From assembly GCA_044369905.1 (NCBI GenBank), contig JBILWM010000003.1, forward strand, positions 85 through 64,084: a stretch of DNA of 64,000 bases. Reading direction: 5' to 3'. This stretch comes from Terrimicrobiaceae bacterium. GTDB taxonomy: Bacteria; Verrucomicrobiota; Verrucomicrobiia; Chthoniobacterales; Terrimicrobiaceae. Below the pieces are notes generated by a model. That model did no database searches, was not told the DNA's origin, and saw only the letters and a list, made by a program, of their open reading frames with translations. Below are positions 36,140 through 45,759 of this stretch, piece after piece. How positions within the stretch are numbered: the first letter of the stretch is position 1; the number at the start of each line of letters is the position of its first letter. The position numbers and the translations under genes are program-made.

Positions 36140-36519
36140 CTACTCGAAGCCCATGCTTAGGCAATCGAGCATTTTGTTTGCGAGATCCTTCTCGAAAAAC
36201 GGCTTCGCCATGTAGGCCGTGGCGCCGGCTTTGATGGCCGTGATGATGGCGTCCCGGCTGCCTTCGGTTCTGAGCATGAGAATGGGTAGGGACTTTTAGC
36301 GTTCGTCGGCGCGGATGCGGATGAGAAAATCCAGCCCGTTCATATTCGGCATGTTTCAGTCGAGGCACACGAGGGAGAAGCCAGCGGGGTCGGCCTTCAA
36401 GCACTCCGAGCGCGATCAAGCCCTTCCGGCGCGCCCTCACAATCGGCGCTGATTACAGAAGCCGCTGTGGCCACGATCGGGCGAACGGGGATGGAATCGT
36501 CAACGGCGAGGATTTTCAT
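36140..36519 (-). pseudogene. CheY-like single-domain response regulator, disrupted (frameshifts plus two in-frame stops)
   Basis: From ATG 36519 the frame gives MKILAVDDSIPVRPIV...EGLDRARSA and stops at 36397-36399. A shifted frame continues with ...ECLKADPAGFSLVCLD*NMPNMNGLDFLIRIRADER*KSLPILMLRTEGSRDAIITAIKAGATAYMAKPF.... There is a TGA at 36356-36358 where DWNMP Trp is expected, and a TAA at 36296-36298. The length is 380 nt, not divisible by 3. Confidence 0.8.
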
Positions 36520-36600
36520 GGCGAATGGAATAACTCGACTTGTCCATAAAAATGAAATTTGTTTCTGAACGATTGTTTACCATATTCCTGCATTCTCCTA

Positions 36601-36612
36601 AATTTTTGGATG
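36601..36612. repeat. left copy of 12-bp direct repeat AATTTTTGGATG flanking the island
   Basis: Identical 12-mer at 45606-45617. This copy lies 12 nt outside the hsdR stop. Confidence 0.4.
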
Positions 36613-36623
36613 AGAGCTAATTC

Positions 36624-39600
36624 TCATATTTCTCCTCCCACGCCTTTGAACTTTTCAACAAAAGCGACGATTTTCTGGAAAACGCTTTGCTTCATGGTGA
36701 GATACTTGGGATTCAGCGGACTCATCTTGGGCAGGATGCTGTTGAGTTCGGTGCCGTTCTCGCTGGCGTATTCCCGCTTCAGCGAGGTGAGGAGGTAGCG
36801 CTTGGCAGCATCTTCATTGAGGCTTTCTGTCTGGATGAGCGTTTCGGCTTCGCGCTTCTGCTCCGCTTGGGCGTAGGCAAAGAAGGCTTCAATGATGCTC
36901 GCTTTGTCCCGGAACAGATCAAGATCAGCTTGGTTGATAAAATCGACCACCAGACTCTCCTTGGCGCGGTTGCCCAGGCTGGCACGGATCACTCGGCGCA
37001 CGTCTTCGATCAAGGCACCCTTGTCTTTGACCTTCTGGTTCTTTTCAAAAATCAGCTCCAGGATGAAATCCAAGTTGATCTCCTGCGATTTGAGCAAGTC
37101 GATTTCAAATACCACATCATCCCAATCCACCTTGGACTCCTGCTTTTCTTTGGCACTTTTCTCGCGGCGAAGCCAATCGCGGATGTCGTTGTAGGTGGAG
37201 CGGTAATCCTGAACATTGCGCTCCGGTAGAATATCCGTCGCTTTGAGTTTATCGAGATCCTCGTCGCTCAGATAGCGCTGCGCCTTGAACGCTTCGACGG
37301 CCTCTGGATCATTGGGATCCATTTTTTGCAGGGCTTTCAGGCTGACGAATTCATCAAAATTCTGGAGCGCGTTTTCAATCTTCAGGTATTCCCCAAAGAG
37401 TTTGGTGAATGCCTTTTTATCGGCCTCTTTCTGAATGGCTGCCGGATCGGGGAAACGATCTTTTAGCTCCGCGACTACCTCGACAAAACCTCGCCTCGCT
37501 TCACCGGTGGCCACTTCGATGAAGCCTTCCATGTATTCCTTGTAGCTCTTCTCCAGGACAACATTCTTGGTATTGGCATCCCCAAACAAAGTGATCGCAT
37601 CGATGGTCGCCTGCTCCAGATCGCGGAAGGTGATGATGTTTCCGAAGGTCTTCGTCGCATCAAAGATGCGGTTGGTGCGGGAGTAAGCTTGGATTAAACC
37701 GTGATAACGAAGGTTTTTATCGACAAACAAGGTGTTGAGCGTCGGCGCATCGAAGCCAGTAAGAAACATCCCGACTACGATCAGCAAGTCCACTTCCTGC
37801 CGCTTTACCCGCTGCGCTAGATCCCGGTAGTAGTTTTGGAAGCCATTGCTATCGACGCCGAAGTTGGTTTTGAAAAACGCGTTGTAGCCGGCAATGGCTG
37901 CGCTCAGAAACTCCTTGGCGCTGCTGTTCATCGCAGAAACCTCGAAGCTTTCGTCAGGGATGGTGCCGATGGCCTCCTGCTCCTCATTGGCGGCGAAGGA
38001 AAAAATCGTCGCCACCTTGATCGGCTTCTCGCTGTCTTTTTGGAGCGTTTTGAATGTCTCGTAGTATTGTTTCGCCGCATCCACACTGCTGACGGCGAAC
38101 ATCGCGTTGAAGCCCTTGCCGCCTGCTTGCAGGCGGTGAGTCTTTTGGCGGTAGTTGTTGAGGATGTATTGGCTGATCTCTTTAATGCGATCCGGGTGCA
38201 GTAAGGCTTGTCGGTTCTCGGCGGCGTTGAGCTTGTCGGTGTCCTGTTCGCTTTCGACGGCCTTGAAACGCGGGCGCACATCGTTGTAGTCCACCTTGAA
38301 CTTCAGCACCTTCTCATCGCGGATGGCATCGGTGATGACATAGGAGTGCAACTCGCGGCCGAACACGCTGGCGGTGGTCTCCGCCCCGCTGGCGTTTTCC
38401 GGGAAAATGGGCGTGCCAGTGAAACCGAACTGGTAGAACCGCTTGAACTTCTTTTGCAGATTGGCCTGGGCTTCGCCGAACTGGCTACGGTGGCACTCAT
38501 CAAAGATGAACACCACCTGCTGGCCGTAAACCGGGAGCGAGGTCTCGGTCTTCATCAGGTTGTTGAGCTTCTGGATGGTGGTGACGATGATCTTGTTGTC
38601 GTCCTTCTCCAGATTCCGCTTCAGCGCGGCAGTGCTGTCCGAGCCGTTCACGCTGTCTGGCGAGAAGCGCTGGTATTCCTTCATGGTCTGGTAATCCAGA
38701 TCCTTGCGATCCACGACGAAAAATACTTTGTCGATGAAGTCCAATTCCGTGGCCAAGCGTGCTGCTTTGAAGCTGGTCAGCGTCTTGCCGGAGCCGGTAG
38801 TGTGCCAGACATAGCCACCGCTCTCCGGCTTGCTCCAGTTTTTTGATTCATACGAGCTGACGACCTTTTGCAGGATACGCTCAGTCGCGGCGATCTGGTA
38901 GGGACGCATCACCAGCAGGGTATGGCTCACATCAAAGACCGAATAGTGGAGCACTACCTTGAGCAGGGTGCGCTTCTCGAAAAAGGTCGCGGTGAAGTCC
39001 TTCAAATCCTTGATCAAGAAATTGTCCTTCGTTGCCCAGTGCATCGTGAAGTCGAAGCTGTTCTTATTGCGCTGGGTGGTATTGGCGAAGTAGCGGGTGT
39101 CCGTGCCGTTGGTGATGACGAACAATTGCAGGAATTTGAACAACGAATTCTCGCTATTGAAGCTCTCCTTGCTGTAACGGTGAACCTGGTTGAAGGCCTC
39201 CCGAATCGCGACGCCGCGCTTTTTCAGCTCCACTTGCACGAGCGGCAGGCCGTTGACGAGGATGGTCACATCGTAGCGATTGGCCTGGCTGCCGCTTTGC
39301 TCAAACTGCCGGATGACTTGGCAGGTGTTTCGTAAGACATTCTTCTTGTCGAGCAGGTAGATGTTCTGAATGTGCCCGTCGTCGAAAACGAAATCGTGGA
39401 TGTAGTCATCGTGGATCTTGCGGGTTTTTTCCACGATGTGGTCGCTTGGGCGGTCGAGGTAGGTCTCGACGAAGCGCGTCCACTCGGCCTCGGTAAACTG
39501 GATGTTGTTGAGGGCTTGGAGCTGGGTGCGGGCGTTGGCGAGGAGTTTTGCAGGAGTGTTCAGCTCACGCTCGAAGGTGTAGCCCAGGTTTTCCAGATCT

Positions 39601-39731
39601 CGAATCAGCTCCCGCTCCAAGGCGTCTTCGCTCTGGTAGCTCTCCGCCAGCTTCATGTCCTTGTCGTAGCGATCTAGGACGATAAAGCGGTTGGTCTCGG
39701 CAATGGTTTTGGTTTCGATCATTGGTAGCAC
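36624..39731 (-). CDS. hsdR: Type I restriction enzyme R subunit
   Basis: Helicase motifs [10 protein letters not shown] and [10 protein letters not shown]; about 1030 aa. Start is GTG 39731 or ATG 39722. Confidence 0.93.
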   Translation of the reverse strand: MLPMIETKTIAETNRFIVLDRYDKDMKLAESYQSEDALERELIRDLENLGYTFERELNTPAKLLANARTQLQALNNIQFTEAEWTRFVETYLDRPSDHIVEKTRKIHDDYIHDFVFDDGHIQNIYLLDKKNVLRNTCQVIRQFEQSGSQANRYDVTILVNGLPLVQVELKKRGVAIREAFNQVHRYSKESFNSENSLFKFLQLFVITNGTDTRYFANTTQRNKNSFDFTMHWATKDNFLIKDLKDFTATFFEKRTLLKVVLHYSVFDVSHTLLVMRPYQIAATERILQKVVSSYESKNWSKPESGGYVWHTTGSGKTLTSFKAARLATELDFIDKVFFVVDRKDLDYQTMKEYQRFSPDSVNGSDSTAALKRNLEKDDNKIIVTTIQKLNNLMKTETSLPVYGQQVVFIFDECHRSQFGEAQANLQKKFKRFYQFGFTGTPIFPENASGAETTASVFGRELHSYVITDAIRDEKVLKFKVDYNDVRPRFKAVESEQDTDKLNAAENRQALLHPDRIKEISQYILNNYRQKTHRLQAGGKGFNAMFAVSSVDAAKQYYETFKTLQKDSEKPIKVATIFSFAANEEQEAIGTIPDESFEVSAMNSSAKEFLSAAIAGYNAFFKTNFGVDSNGFQNYYRDLAQRVKRQEVDLLIVVGMFLTGFDAPTLNTLFVDKNLRYHGLIQAYSRTNRIFDATKTFGNIITFRDLEQATIDAITLFGDANTKNVVLEKSYKEYMEGFIEVATGEARRGFVEVVAELKDRFPDPAAIQKEADKKAFTKLFGEYLKIENALQNFDEFVSLKALQKMDPNDPEAVEAFKAQRYLSDEDLDKLKATDILPERNVQDYRSTYNDIRDWLRREKSAKEKQESKVDWDDVVFEIDLLKSQEINLDFILELIFEKNQKVKDKGALIEDVRRVIRASLGNRAKESLVVDFINQADLDLFRDKASIIEAFFAYAQAEQKREAETLIQTESLNEDAAKRYLLTSLKREYASENGTELNSILPKMSPLNPKYLTMKQSVFQKIVAFVEKFKGVGGEI

Positions 39732-39739
39732 CTTTCGCG

Positions 39740-40897
39740 TTACTCACTCCGCATTTTCAGTTGATACATCTGGTTGAGCTTCTTAACCAAGAACTTGAAA
39801 ACGCGTTTATCGTCTTCGTTTGGCTCTGCGACTTCCTCCCCCGAATGCTTGGAGTGGCTGGATAGGTTCAATATTCGCTTCAAGTATGGGTTTGGACGAT
39901 TGCCATCCGTGCTCGGTAAAAGCTCTGCCCAGTGTTTAGTTCCGACGAAGGTCGAGGTCTTCTCAAGGATGTTCCTGAGAAAGTTAAAATGATACTTCCG
40001 GATGACTCCTGTATCGGCAGCTTTGTCCAACTCCGCTTTCAGGAAGAGGTGGTAAGAAAAGGGGGAATCATTCGGCTGAGGTTCCAAGCTGAAGGTGCTA
40101 TCTTGATGCTTAGCCAGTCGATACTTTTTCCAATGGTTATCCTTCCGACCCACAGACGGGTCCTTTCCGTTAAACTCGTGCCACAGGATGTTGTAGAAAA
40201 GCGGGTTGTGTGTCGTGACAATGAACCGCAAGCCTTGTCCATTCGCATAAACGCTGGACTTTATCAACTCAGCCACATCAACGGCGAGTTCAATCAGATG
40301 GTTCTCGTCCAGAGAACTGACCGGGTCGTCAATGAAGATATACTGAAGAAGGTCATATTTGTCGGATTCCCGTTGAGATGGATCAGCAACACTTAAAACG
40401 CTCACGACCTCCTTAATCAGACTGTAGAAAATGCTCCAAATGAAGTTGCTCTCCTCGCCTTTGGAAATCTTGATGTGGTTCTCCTGCTGATCGTTTCCCC
40501 GCTGGAAGGAGAAGCTCACTTCTGAGAAGTCGGCGTTGAATGAAGGAGTGAGCTTGTCACTGGTGTAACGCTGAAAGTGAGCGATGGTGTTTCGATCCTG
40601 CCCCTGATTCTGAAACACCCATTGCGTGTAGGCGTTCGGCTGGATTTTCAAGACCCGCTTCGCATCTCCTGCCAGATCGTTATCCCAATAGAACAAGTCT
40701 TCGGTGAAGGCGTTATAATAGAGAATTTTTGATCGCGAATCCAACGCATCGTCTTCGTCCTTATTCTTTGGTGAAATCAGCTCTTTGAACTCGCGTGAAA
40801 GCCGCGTTTTGCCGGAGCCATTGAAGGCATAAATCAACTGCACCTTCTTGTTCGCATCCCGCAACTGCTCGGCGATTTGTCTCAGTGTCTGGCTCAT
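39740..40897 (-). CDS. PrrC-like ABC-type ATPase with C-terminal HEPN-like putative anticodon-nuclease domain
   Basis: Walker A is AFNGSGKT and the signature-like motif is ISKGEE. Walker B/D-loop is [12 protein letters not shown] and the switch His is VTTHNP. The C-terminal FLRNILE (R-x3-E) and KRILNLSSH (Rx6H) fit the PrrC Arg-Glu-His/HEPN pattern. The 385-aa size and the position between hsdS and hsdR match the E. coli prr locus. Confidence 0.6.
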   Translation of the reverse strand: MSQTLRQIAEQLRDANKKVQLIYAFNGSGKTRLSREFKELISPKNKDEDDALDSRSKILYYNAFTEDLFYWDNDLAGDAKRVLKIQPNAYTQWVFQNQGQDRNTIAHFQRYTSDKLTPSFNADFSEVSFSFQRGNDQQENHIKISKGEESNFIWSIFYSLIKEVVSVLSVADPSQRESDKYDLLQYIFIDDPVSSLDENHLIELAVDVAELIKSSVYANGQGLRFIVTTHNPLFYNILWHEFNGKDPSVGRKDNHWKKYRLAKHQDSTFSLEPQPNDSPFSYHLFLKAELDKAADTGVIRKYHFNFLRNILEKTSTFVGTKHWAELLPSTDGNRPNPYLKRILNLSSHSKHSGEEVAEPNEDDKRVFKFLVKKLNQMYQLKMRSE

Positions 40898-40898
40898 T

Positions 40899-42023
40899 TT
40901 ATGCCATTTCTTCAGGTTTGGGAAAGCTCAGTAGCAGATCGCGGTAATACTCGTATTGCTTCTGCCGCAATTTGATCTCGCGAGGCAAGCCCTCGCTGAT
41001 GGAGTTTGCTAGGGTATCAAAATTGTCGAGGATGGTGGCGATGCGGGCTTGCTCGGCGAGGGGCGGGATTGGGATTTTAAAGTTCTGCAACATCGGCATT
41101 GTGATGTAAGGAACCGAACCCTTCTTCGAATGCTGCATAATGTAAGGTCGGAGATATGCCTTCAGGTATATAAGCAAGAAGCCAAGAGTAATTTCTTCCG
41201 CGCAGTCCGCTATGATGTAGGTCCGCTGATACGCGTTGAACTTCCCCTTATAATAGTTAATGTGTCCAACTTGGCTGCCATTTCCCGAAACAATGATTGC
41301 TTCTGTATCAAAAGCATAAGTATCAATTTTGAACGGGTTAGCATCACAGGTGAAGAATGGGTATTTCCCATTTTCGACCATCGCATTGGCATTCAACTTT
41401 CCAGTCTTGATCGTTGCTACAATCTCCCCCAGTGTCTTCTGGTCCACCTTCCCATCTTCAAAACTGAGTAATTGGTTGCGGTAGTGGTTGTATTGTTTTT
41501 TCCGGTTGGTCAGCTCGGTGGTCAGCTCGGTGGTCAGCTCGGTGGTCAGCTCGGTGAACGCGTCCAGAATGCGGACGATTTCTTTTTGGACATGCAGAGG
41601 CGGGATGGGGATTTGGATTTTTTCGAACCCCGACTTGGATAGGCGTGGAATACTAGCTCTGCGAACATGTGAATAAATGAGAGACTGCTTTGTGAGTAGA
41701 AAGTGATACAGAAACTTGCTATTAACCTGATCGTTTCTTGCAAAATAATAGACATCGTCAGCCGCCCAAAAACCAGTGGCAGAGTAGCCAATTTCACCGG
41801 CTGCGCCTGCACAAATGAGGAAGGTTATATCACCTTGGACATTTGCCTCTTCGTAGTAGCCAAGAGGTTTCATGCTGTTCTGATAAACGGCGTATTTTCC
41901 TGTTTCTTGAAGTTGACTCCGAACAAGTCTTTTCCCTCGCCTAGGTTCACCCACCTCCCCCAGCGCCTTCCACTCCACCTCCACCCCATCGAGCAGTTTT
42001 TCCATGTAGCTCATTTCACTCAT
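40899..42023 (-). CDS. hsdS: Type I R-M specificity subunit
   Basis: Two target-recognition domains separated by conserved helices ([18 protein letters not shown]...[16 protein letters not shown] and [18 protein letters not shown]...[15 protein letters not shown]). Confidence 0.9.
   Translation of the reverse strand: MSEMSYMEKLLDGVEVEWKALGEVGEPRRGKRLVRSQLQETGKYAVYQNSMKPLGYYEEANVQGDITFLICAGAAGEIGYSATGFWAADDVYYFARNDQVNSKFLYHFLLTKQSLIYSHVRRASIPRLSKSGFEKIQIPIPPLHVQKEIVRILDAFTELTTELTTELTTELTNRKKQYNHYRNQLLSFEDGKVDQKTLGEIVATIKTGKLNANAMVENGKYPFFTCDANPFKIDTYAFDTEAIIVSGNGSQVGHINYYKGKFNAYQRTYIIADCAEEITLGFLLIYLKAYLRPYIMQHSKKGSVPYITMPMLQNFKIPIPPLAEQARIATILDNFDTLANSISEGLPREIKLRQKQYEYYRDLLLSFPKPEEMA
41508..41555. 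repeat. perfect 4 x 12-bp tandem repeat (GGTCAGCTCGGT) in the hsdS central conserved region, encoding TELT x4
   Basis: Counted directly. The protein reads [24 protein letters not shown]. Confidence 0.95.
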
Positions 42024-43029
42024 GCTTGCCTCCTTTCTTCCTGCTCTCCTTTTTCGCCTGTTTTTCCAGTGATGAGATGGTTTTCAGGTAGTCCGTTTCA
42101 ACCTGATCCAGAGTGATGGCTTTGTATCGTTGCAATTCCCGCTTGGCCTTCTCCTGAGCCCGGGTGGTGGAGACCGTGCCGGCATTGTCGAGCAATCGGC
42201 GTCCGGTGGATTTCAAGATCGAGTCGAGTTCACGCACATAATCCGCCATGCGCATTTCGCGCTGTTCGATGGCGTTGAGTTCCGCCAGGTCGAAGTAGGC
42301 GGAAACGAGATTGTTCAGGACGCGGAGTTCCTGCTCACTGAGGTAGTTTTTCGCGATCATGGCCTCGGCCTGAGTGGGCTGGCTGCCTTTGAAGTTGCTG
42401 AGTCCGGCGAAGGGCTTCGTGCCGTCCACGCGGAGGTAGATCACCTCGCTGGCGGTGTGGCCGTGGGCGGCGTAGTGCAGCTTGTTTTGCACCATCTTGA
42501 AGAACTTCAGGCTCTCCTCACTGCTGGGATGGTAGTCGGTGGCGGTGGCGTAGAGGTCGAGGACTTGGCGATACATCACTTTCTCGCTGGAGCGGATGTC
42601 GCGGATGCGGTCGAGCAGTTCTTTCCAGTAGTGGCCGCCACCCAGATTTTTCAGGCGCTTGTCATTCAAGGCGAAGCCTTTCTCCAGATACTCCTTGAGA
42701 ACCGTGGAGGCCCAACGCCGGAACTCGACCCCACGGGGAGAGCGAACGCGGTAACCGACGGCCAGGATCACGTCCAGATTGTAAAGTGTGAGAGTGCGTT
42801 TCACCTCGCGATTGCCCTCCGTTTGAACTGTCAAGGATTCCTTGACTGTTGCCTCTTGGTTCAGTTCTCCATCCTCAAAGATATTGATCAGATGGAGTGA
42901 GATGTTTTGTTTTGTGGCCTGAAATAGCTCGGCGATCTGGAGCTGGGTGAGCCACACGGTGCCGTCTTGCAGGCGCAAGTCGATTTGGGTTTTCCCATCT
43001 TCGGTGGTGTAGAGGATCAGGTCGCTCAT
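42016..43029 (-). CDS. rhuM: RhuM-family protein
   Basis: Strong resemblance to the remembered RhuM consensus. Matching segments include LILYTTEDGKTQIDLRL, WLTQLQIAELFQ, YNLDVILAVGYRVRSPRGVEFRRWA, IRDIRSSEKV, VQNKLHYAAHGHTASEVI. Confidence 0.85.
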   Translation of the reverse strand: MSDLILYTTEDGKTQIDLRLQDGTVWLTQLQIAELFQATKQNISLHLINIFEDGELNQEATVKESLTVQTEGNREVKRTLTLYNLDVILAVGYRVRSPRGVEFRRWASTVLKEYLEKGFALNDKRLKNLGGGHYWKELLDRIRDIRSSEKVMYRQVLDLYATATDYHPSSEESLKFFKMVQNKLHYAAHGHTASEVIYLRVDGTKPFAGLSNFKGSQPTQAEAMIAKNYLSEQELRVLNNLVSAYFDLAELNAIEQREMRMADYVRELDSILKSTGRRLLDNAGTVSTTRAQEKAKRELQRYKAITLDQVETDYLKTISSLEKQAKKESRKKGGKHE

Positions 43030-43874
43030 GCTTGGCCTCCTTCCCCCAAAAGTTGGCGGCTATATTCAGCGGTGAGAATTTCCATTTGCTCAATCGCAAT
43101 ACGGTTGAGTTTTCTTAGCCTTTCCGGTTGTGGCATGGCTTCGCTGATGAAGAGGGCGTTCAAATTTTCCAGATTGGCGAGGCAGACGAGTTGGGAGGCG
43201 TTGGCCTGGTCCCGGATGTTGCCTTTTTCACTGGGATTCGCATCGCGCCAGTCTTTTGCGGTCATGCCGAAGAGTGCCATGTTGAGAACATCGGCTTCGC
43301 TGGCATAGATCAGGCTCATTTGTTTTCCGCTGAGTTCCGGCGGGATCAGGTGGGCGCGTATGGCATCGGTATGGATGCGGTAGTTGATCTTGGTGAGGTT
43401 GCGCTTCACATCCCAGCCCAGTTGCTTTTGCTCGGCTTCCTGGAGGCGCTGGAACTCCTTAATCAGGTAAAGCTTGAATTCCACGGACACCCATGAGGCG
43501 AACTCGAAGGCGATGTCCCGGTGGGCAAAGGTGCCGCCGTAACGGCCTGCTTTGGAAATCAGACCGACCGCACCCGTGGTTTCGATCCACTTTTTGGGAG
43601 AGAGGACGAATGCGTTCTCTCCTGCTTCAAATCTAAACTGGTCGAATTCGACCAGTTTAAAACCCGGGTTGTTGAGCTTTTCCCAGAGTCCCAACAGATC
43701 AATGGTGCTGCGACTACGAAGCCAATTTTTGATGATGTCTGCCGGAGCATCGGCGTTCTTGAATTTAGCGATATCCGTGAGCGAGATGAAATCCTCTTGG
43801 GCGATTCGTTGCACCCGAACCGTTTCGCTCAAAACTGTGATTTCTGCGTTATTCTTCATAAGAATACTTTCCAT
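43026..43874 (-). CDS. KilA-N domain protein
   Basis: ISLTDIAKFKN...IKNWLRSRSTIDLLGLWEKLNNPGFK...GRYGGTFAHRDIAFEFASWVSVEFKLYLIKEFQRL...NYRIHTDAIRAHLIP. Start is ATG 43874 or 43859. Confidence 0.8.
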   Translation of the reverse strand: MESILMKNNAEITVLSETVRVQRIAQEDFISLTDIAKFKNADAPADIIKNWLRSRSTIDLLGLWEKLNNPGFKLVEFDQFRFEAGENAFVLSPKKWIETTGAVGLISKAGRYGGTFAHRDIAFEFASWVSVEFKLYLIKEFQRLQEAEQKQLGWDVKRNLTKINYRIHTDAIRAHLIPPELSGKQMSLIYASEADVLNMALFGMTAKDWRDANPSEKGNIRDQANASQLVCLANLENLNALFISEAMPQPERLRKLNRIAIEQMEILTAEYSRQLLGEGGQA

Positions 43875-43899
43875 TGACCGGCGGACATAATGAAGCGGT

Positions 43900-45462
43900 T
43901 CAAGCCGGCTTCGTTTTTGATCCTTCGATTTCCGTGACAATGGCATCAATGTCCGCCCGCAGGCGGTCGATCTTGGCGACGGTGGTTACCAGTTCCGCAT
44001 TCAGCTCGGTGATGTCCACCACTACGCGGTTGTCTTTCGCTTCGACATAGGTGCTGACGGAGAGGTTGTAGTCCTTTTCGGCGACGGTGGTATGATCGAC
44101 GGAGGCGGCGAAATGAGGCACATTTTCCTTGCTGTCAAAGACCTCCATGATCCGCTCGATGTGCTCATCCAGCAGGACATTGTTGTTCGTCTCCTTTTTG
44201 AAAAGGGCACTGGCGTCGATGAATTGGGTCTTGGTGTCGGGTTTGTGCTTGGAAAGAACGAGGATGTTGACCGCGATGGTGGTACCGAAGAAGAGATTGG
44301 GCGCGAGGGAGATGATAGTCTCTATATAGTTGTTGTCCACCAGATATTTGCGTATTTTTTGCTCGGCACCGCCCCGGTAAAAGATGCCGGGGAAGCAGAC
44401 GATGGCGGCGCGCCCTTTGGCGGAAAGGTAGCTGAGCGAGTGGAGGACAAAGGCAAAGTCGGCTTTCGACTTCGGGGCGAGCACACCGGCGGGGGCAAAG
44501 CGGTCATCGTTAATGAGCGTCGGGTCATCGCTGCCTATCCAACTCAAGGAATACGGCGGGTTGGAAACGATGGCATCGAAGGGCTTGTCGCCAAGGAAGT
44601 GGGGATCGGTGAGGGTGTTGCCGAGCTGGATGTTAAACTTGTCGTAGTTGATGTTGTGCAGGAACATATTCATCCGCGCCAGGTTGTAGGTGGTGTGGTT
44701 GATTTCCTGCCCGAAGAAGCCGTCCTCGATGATGTGGGCGTCGAAGTGTTTCTTGGCTTGGAGCAGCAGGGAGCCGGAACCGGCAGCAGGATCGTAGATC
44801 TTGTTGACGCTCGTCTGCTTGTGCATGGCCAGTTGGGCTATGAGACGGGAAACATGCTGCGGAGAGAAGAACTCGCCACCTGATTTACCGGCATTGGCGG
44901 CATAGTTGGAGATGAGGAATTCGTAGGCATCTCCAAAGAGGTCGATTTTGCTGTCCTCGAAATTGCTGAAATCGAGGCCACCCACGCCGGTGAGCACGGC
45001 AGCGAGGCGGAGGTTTTTGTCTTTGACGGTATTTCCCAGGCGATTACTGGTCGTGTCGAAGTCCGCAAACAATCCCTTGATGTCCTGCTCCGAAGGGTAG
45101 CCGTTGGCGGAACTCTCGATGGCCGAAAAGATGGCGGCGAGGTCGGTATTCAGGCTCTGGTTTGTGTTCGCCGTGGCAAGGACCTTGGAAAAAAGCTGGC
45201 TCGGGAAGATGAAGTAGCCCTTGGTCTTGATGGCATCGTCCTTAATCTCTGGCGTGATGACGCTGTCGTCCAACTCCGCGTAGTGGATGTCTGGATCGCC
45301 AGCCTCGATGTAGGCGGCGAAGTTTTCGCTGATAAAGCGGTAGAAGAGGGTGCCGAGGACATACTGCTTGAAGTCCCAGCCATCGACCGAGCCGCGGACA
45401 TCGTTTGCTATCTGCCAGATTTGCCGCTGGAGGGCGGCGCGTTGTTGGTTGCTTGTTGTCAT
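43900..45462 (-). CDS. hsdM: Type I R-M DNA methyltransferase M subunit (N6-adenine)
   Basis: N-terminal HsdM_N helix [36 protein letters not shown] motif [12 protein letters not shown] and catalytic SNPPY. Confidence 0.95.
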   Translation of the reverse strand: MTTSNQQRAALQRQIWQIANDVRGSVDGWDFKQYVLGTLFYRFISENFAAYIEAGDPDIHYAELDDSVITPEIKDDAIKTKGYFIFPSQLFSKVLATANTNQSLNTDLAAIFSAIESSANGYPSEQDIKGLFADFDTTSNRLGNTVKDKNLRLAAVLTGVGGLDFSNFEDSKIDLFGDAYEFLISNYAANAGKSGGEFFSPQHVSRLIAQLAMHKQTSVNKIYDPAAGSGSLLLQAKKHFDAHIIEDGFFGQEINHTTYNLARMNMFLHNINYDKFNIQLGNTLTDPHFLGDKPFDAIVSNPPYSLSWIGSDDPTLINDDRFAPAGVLAPKSKADFAFVLHSLSYLSAKGRAAIVCFPGIFYRGGAEQKIRKYLVDNNYIETIISLAPNLFFGTTIAVNILVLSKHKPDTKTQFIDASALFKKETNNNVLLDEHIERIMEVFDSKENVPHFAASVDHTTVAEKDYNLSVSTYVEAKDNRVVVDITELNAELVTTVAKIDRLRADIDAIVTEIEGSKTKPA

Positions 45463-45605
45463 GGTCTAATCCTTCGAACGGGGGCATCGATCAATTGCAA
45501 ACATAAGTGATGCTGATGTCTGGTTGTTATAAAGATGAAGATTTTGAAAAAAATTGGTTATTTCAGTTTTTGGAAATAGTTTGCATCAGCCATTCAAGAA
45601 AAGGC

Positions 45606-45617
45606 AATTTTTGGATG
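45606..45617. repeat. right copy of 12-bp direct repeat AATTTTTGGATG
   Basis: Identical to 36601-36612. It lies 144 nt upstream of the hsdM start, in an AT-rich non-coding stretch. Confidence 0.4.
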
Positions 45618-45759
45618 CTCGAAAAATTCAAACTATTGCGAGGGTATTCAAGTGGGGCATCCAGCGTTGTCCCTCAGTCGCAGACAGATGCCTTCGTCAA
45701 ACCTCGGCTCGTGGAGGCATTCCTGCGCAGCTTGCATCAAATGATTTTTGGCCAGCTTC

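Larger units (their letters stand above)
36601..45617. other. about 9 kb defence island carrying a Type I R-M operon with three embedded passenger genes
   Basis: Six co-directional, overlapping or abutting minus-strand genes. Composition and codon third positions are visibly more A/T-rich than the flanks. AT-rich non-coding edges carry a 12-bp direct repeat. No integrase or transposase is present. Confidence 0.6.

Noticed and set aside
36296-36358. TGA at the conserved Trp position of the CheY-like gene as evidence of TGA=Trp recoding
   Set aside because: TGA is used as a normal stop by many well-supported genes in the window (hom and infC, for example). The same gene also has a TAA stop and frame disruption, so a pseudogene is the simpler reading.
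36126-36440. 104-aa minus-strand ORF in the track
   Set aside because: It is an out-of-frame read across the disrupted CheY-like gene, and the receiver homology lies in the other two frames.
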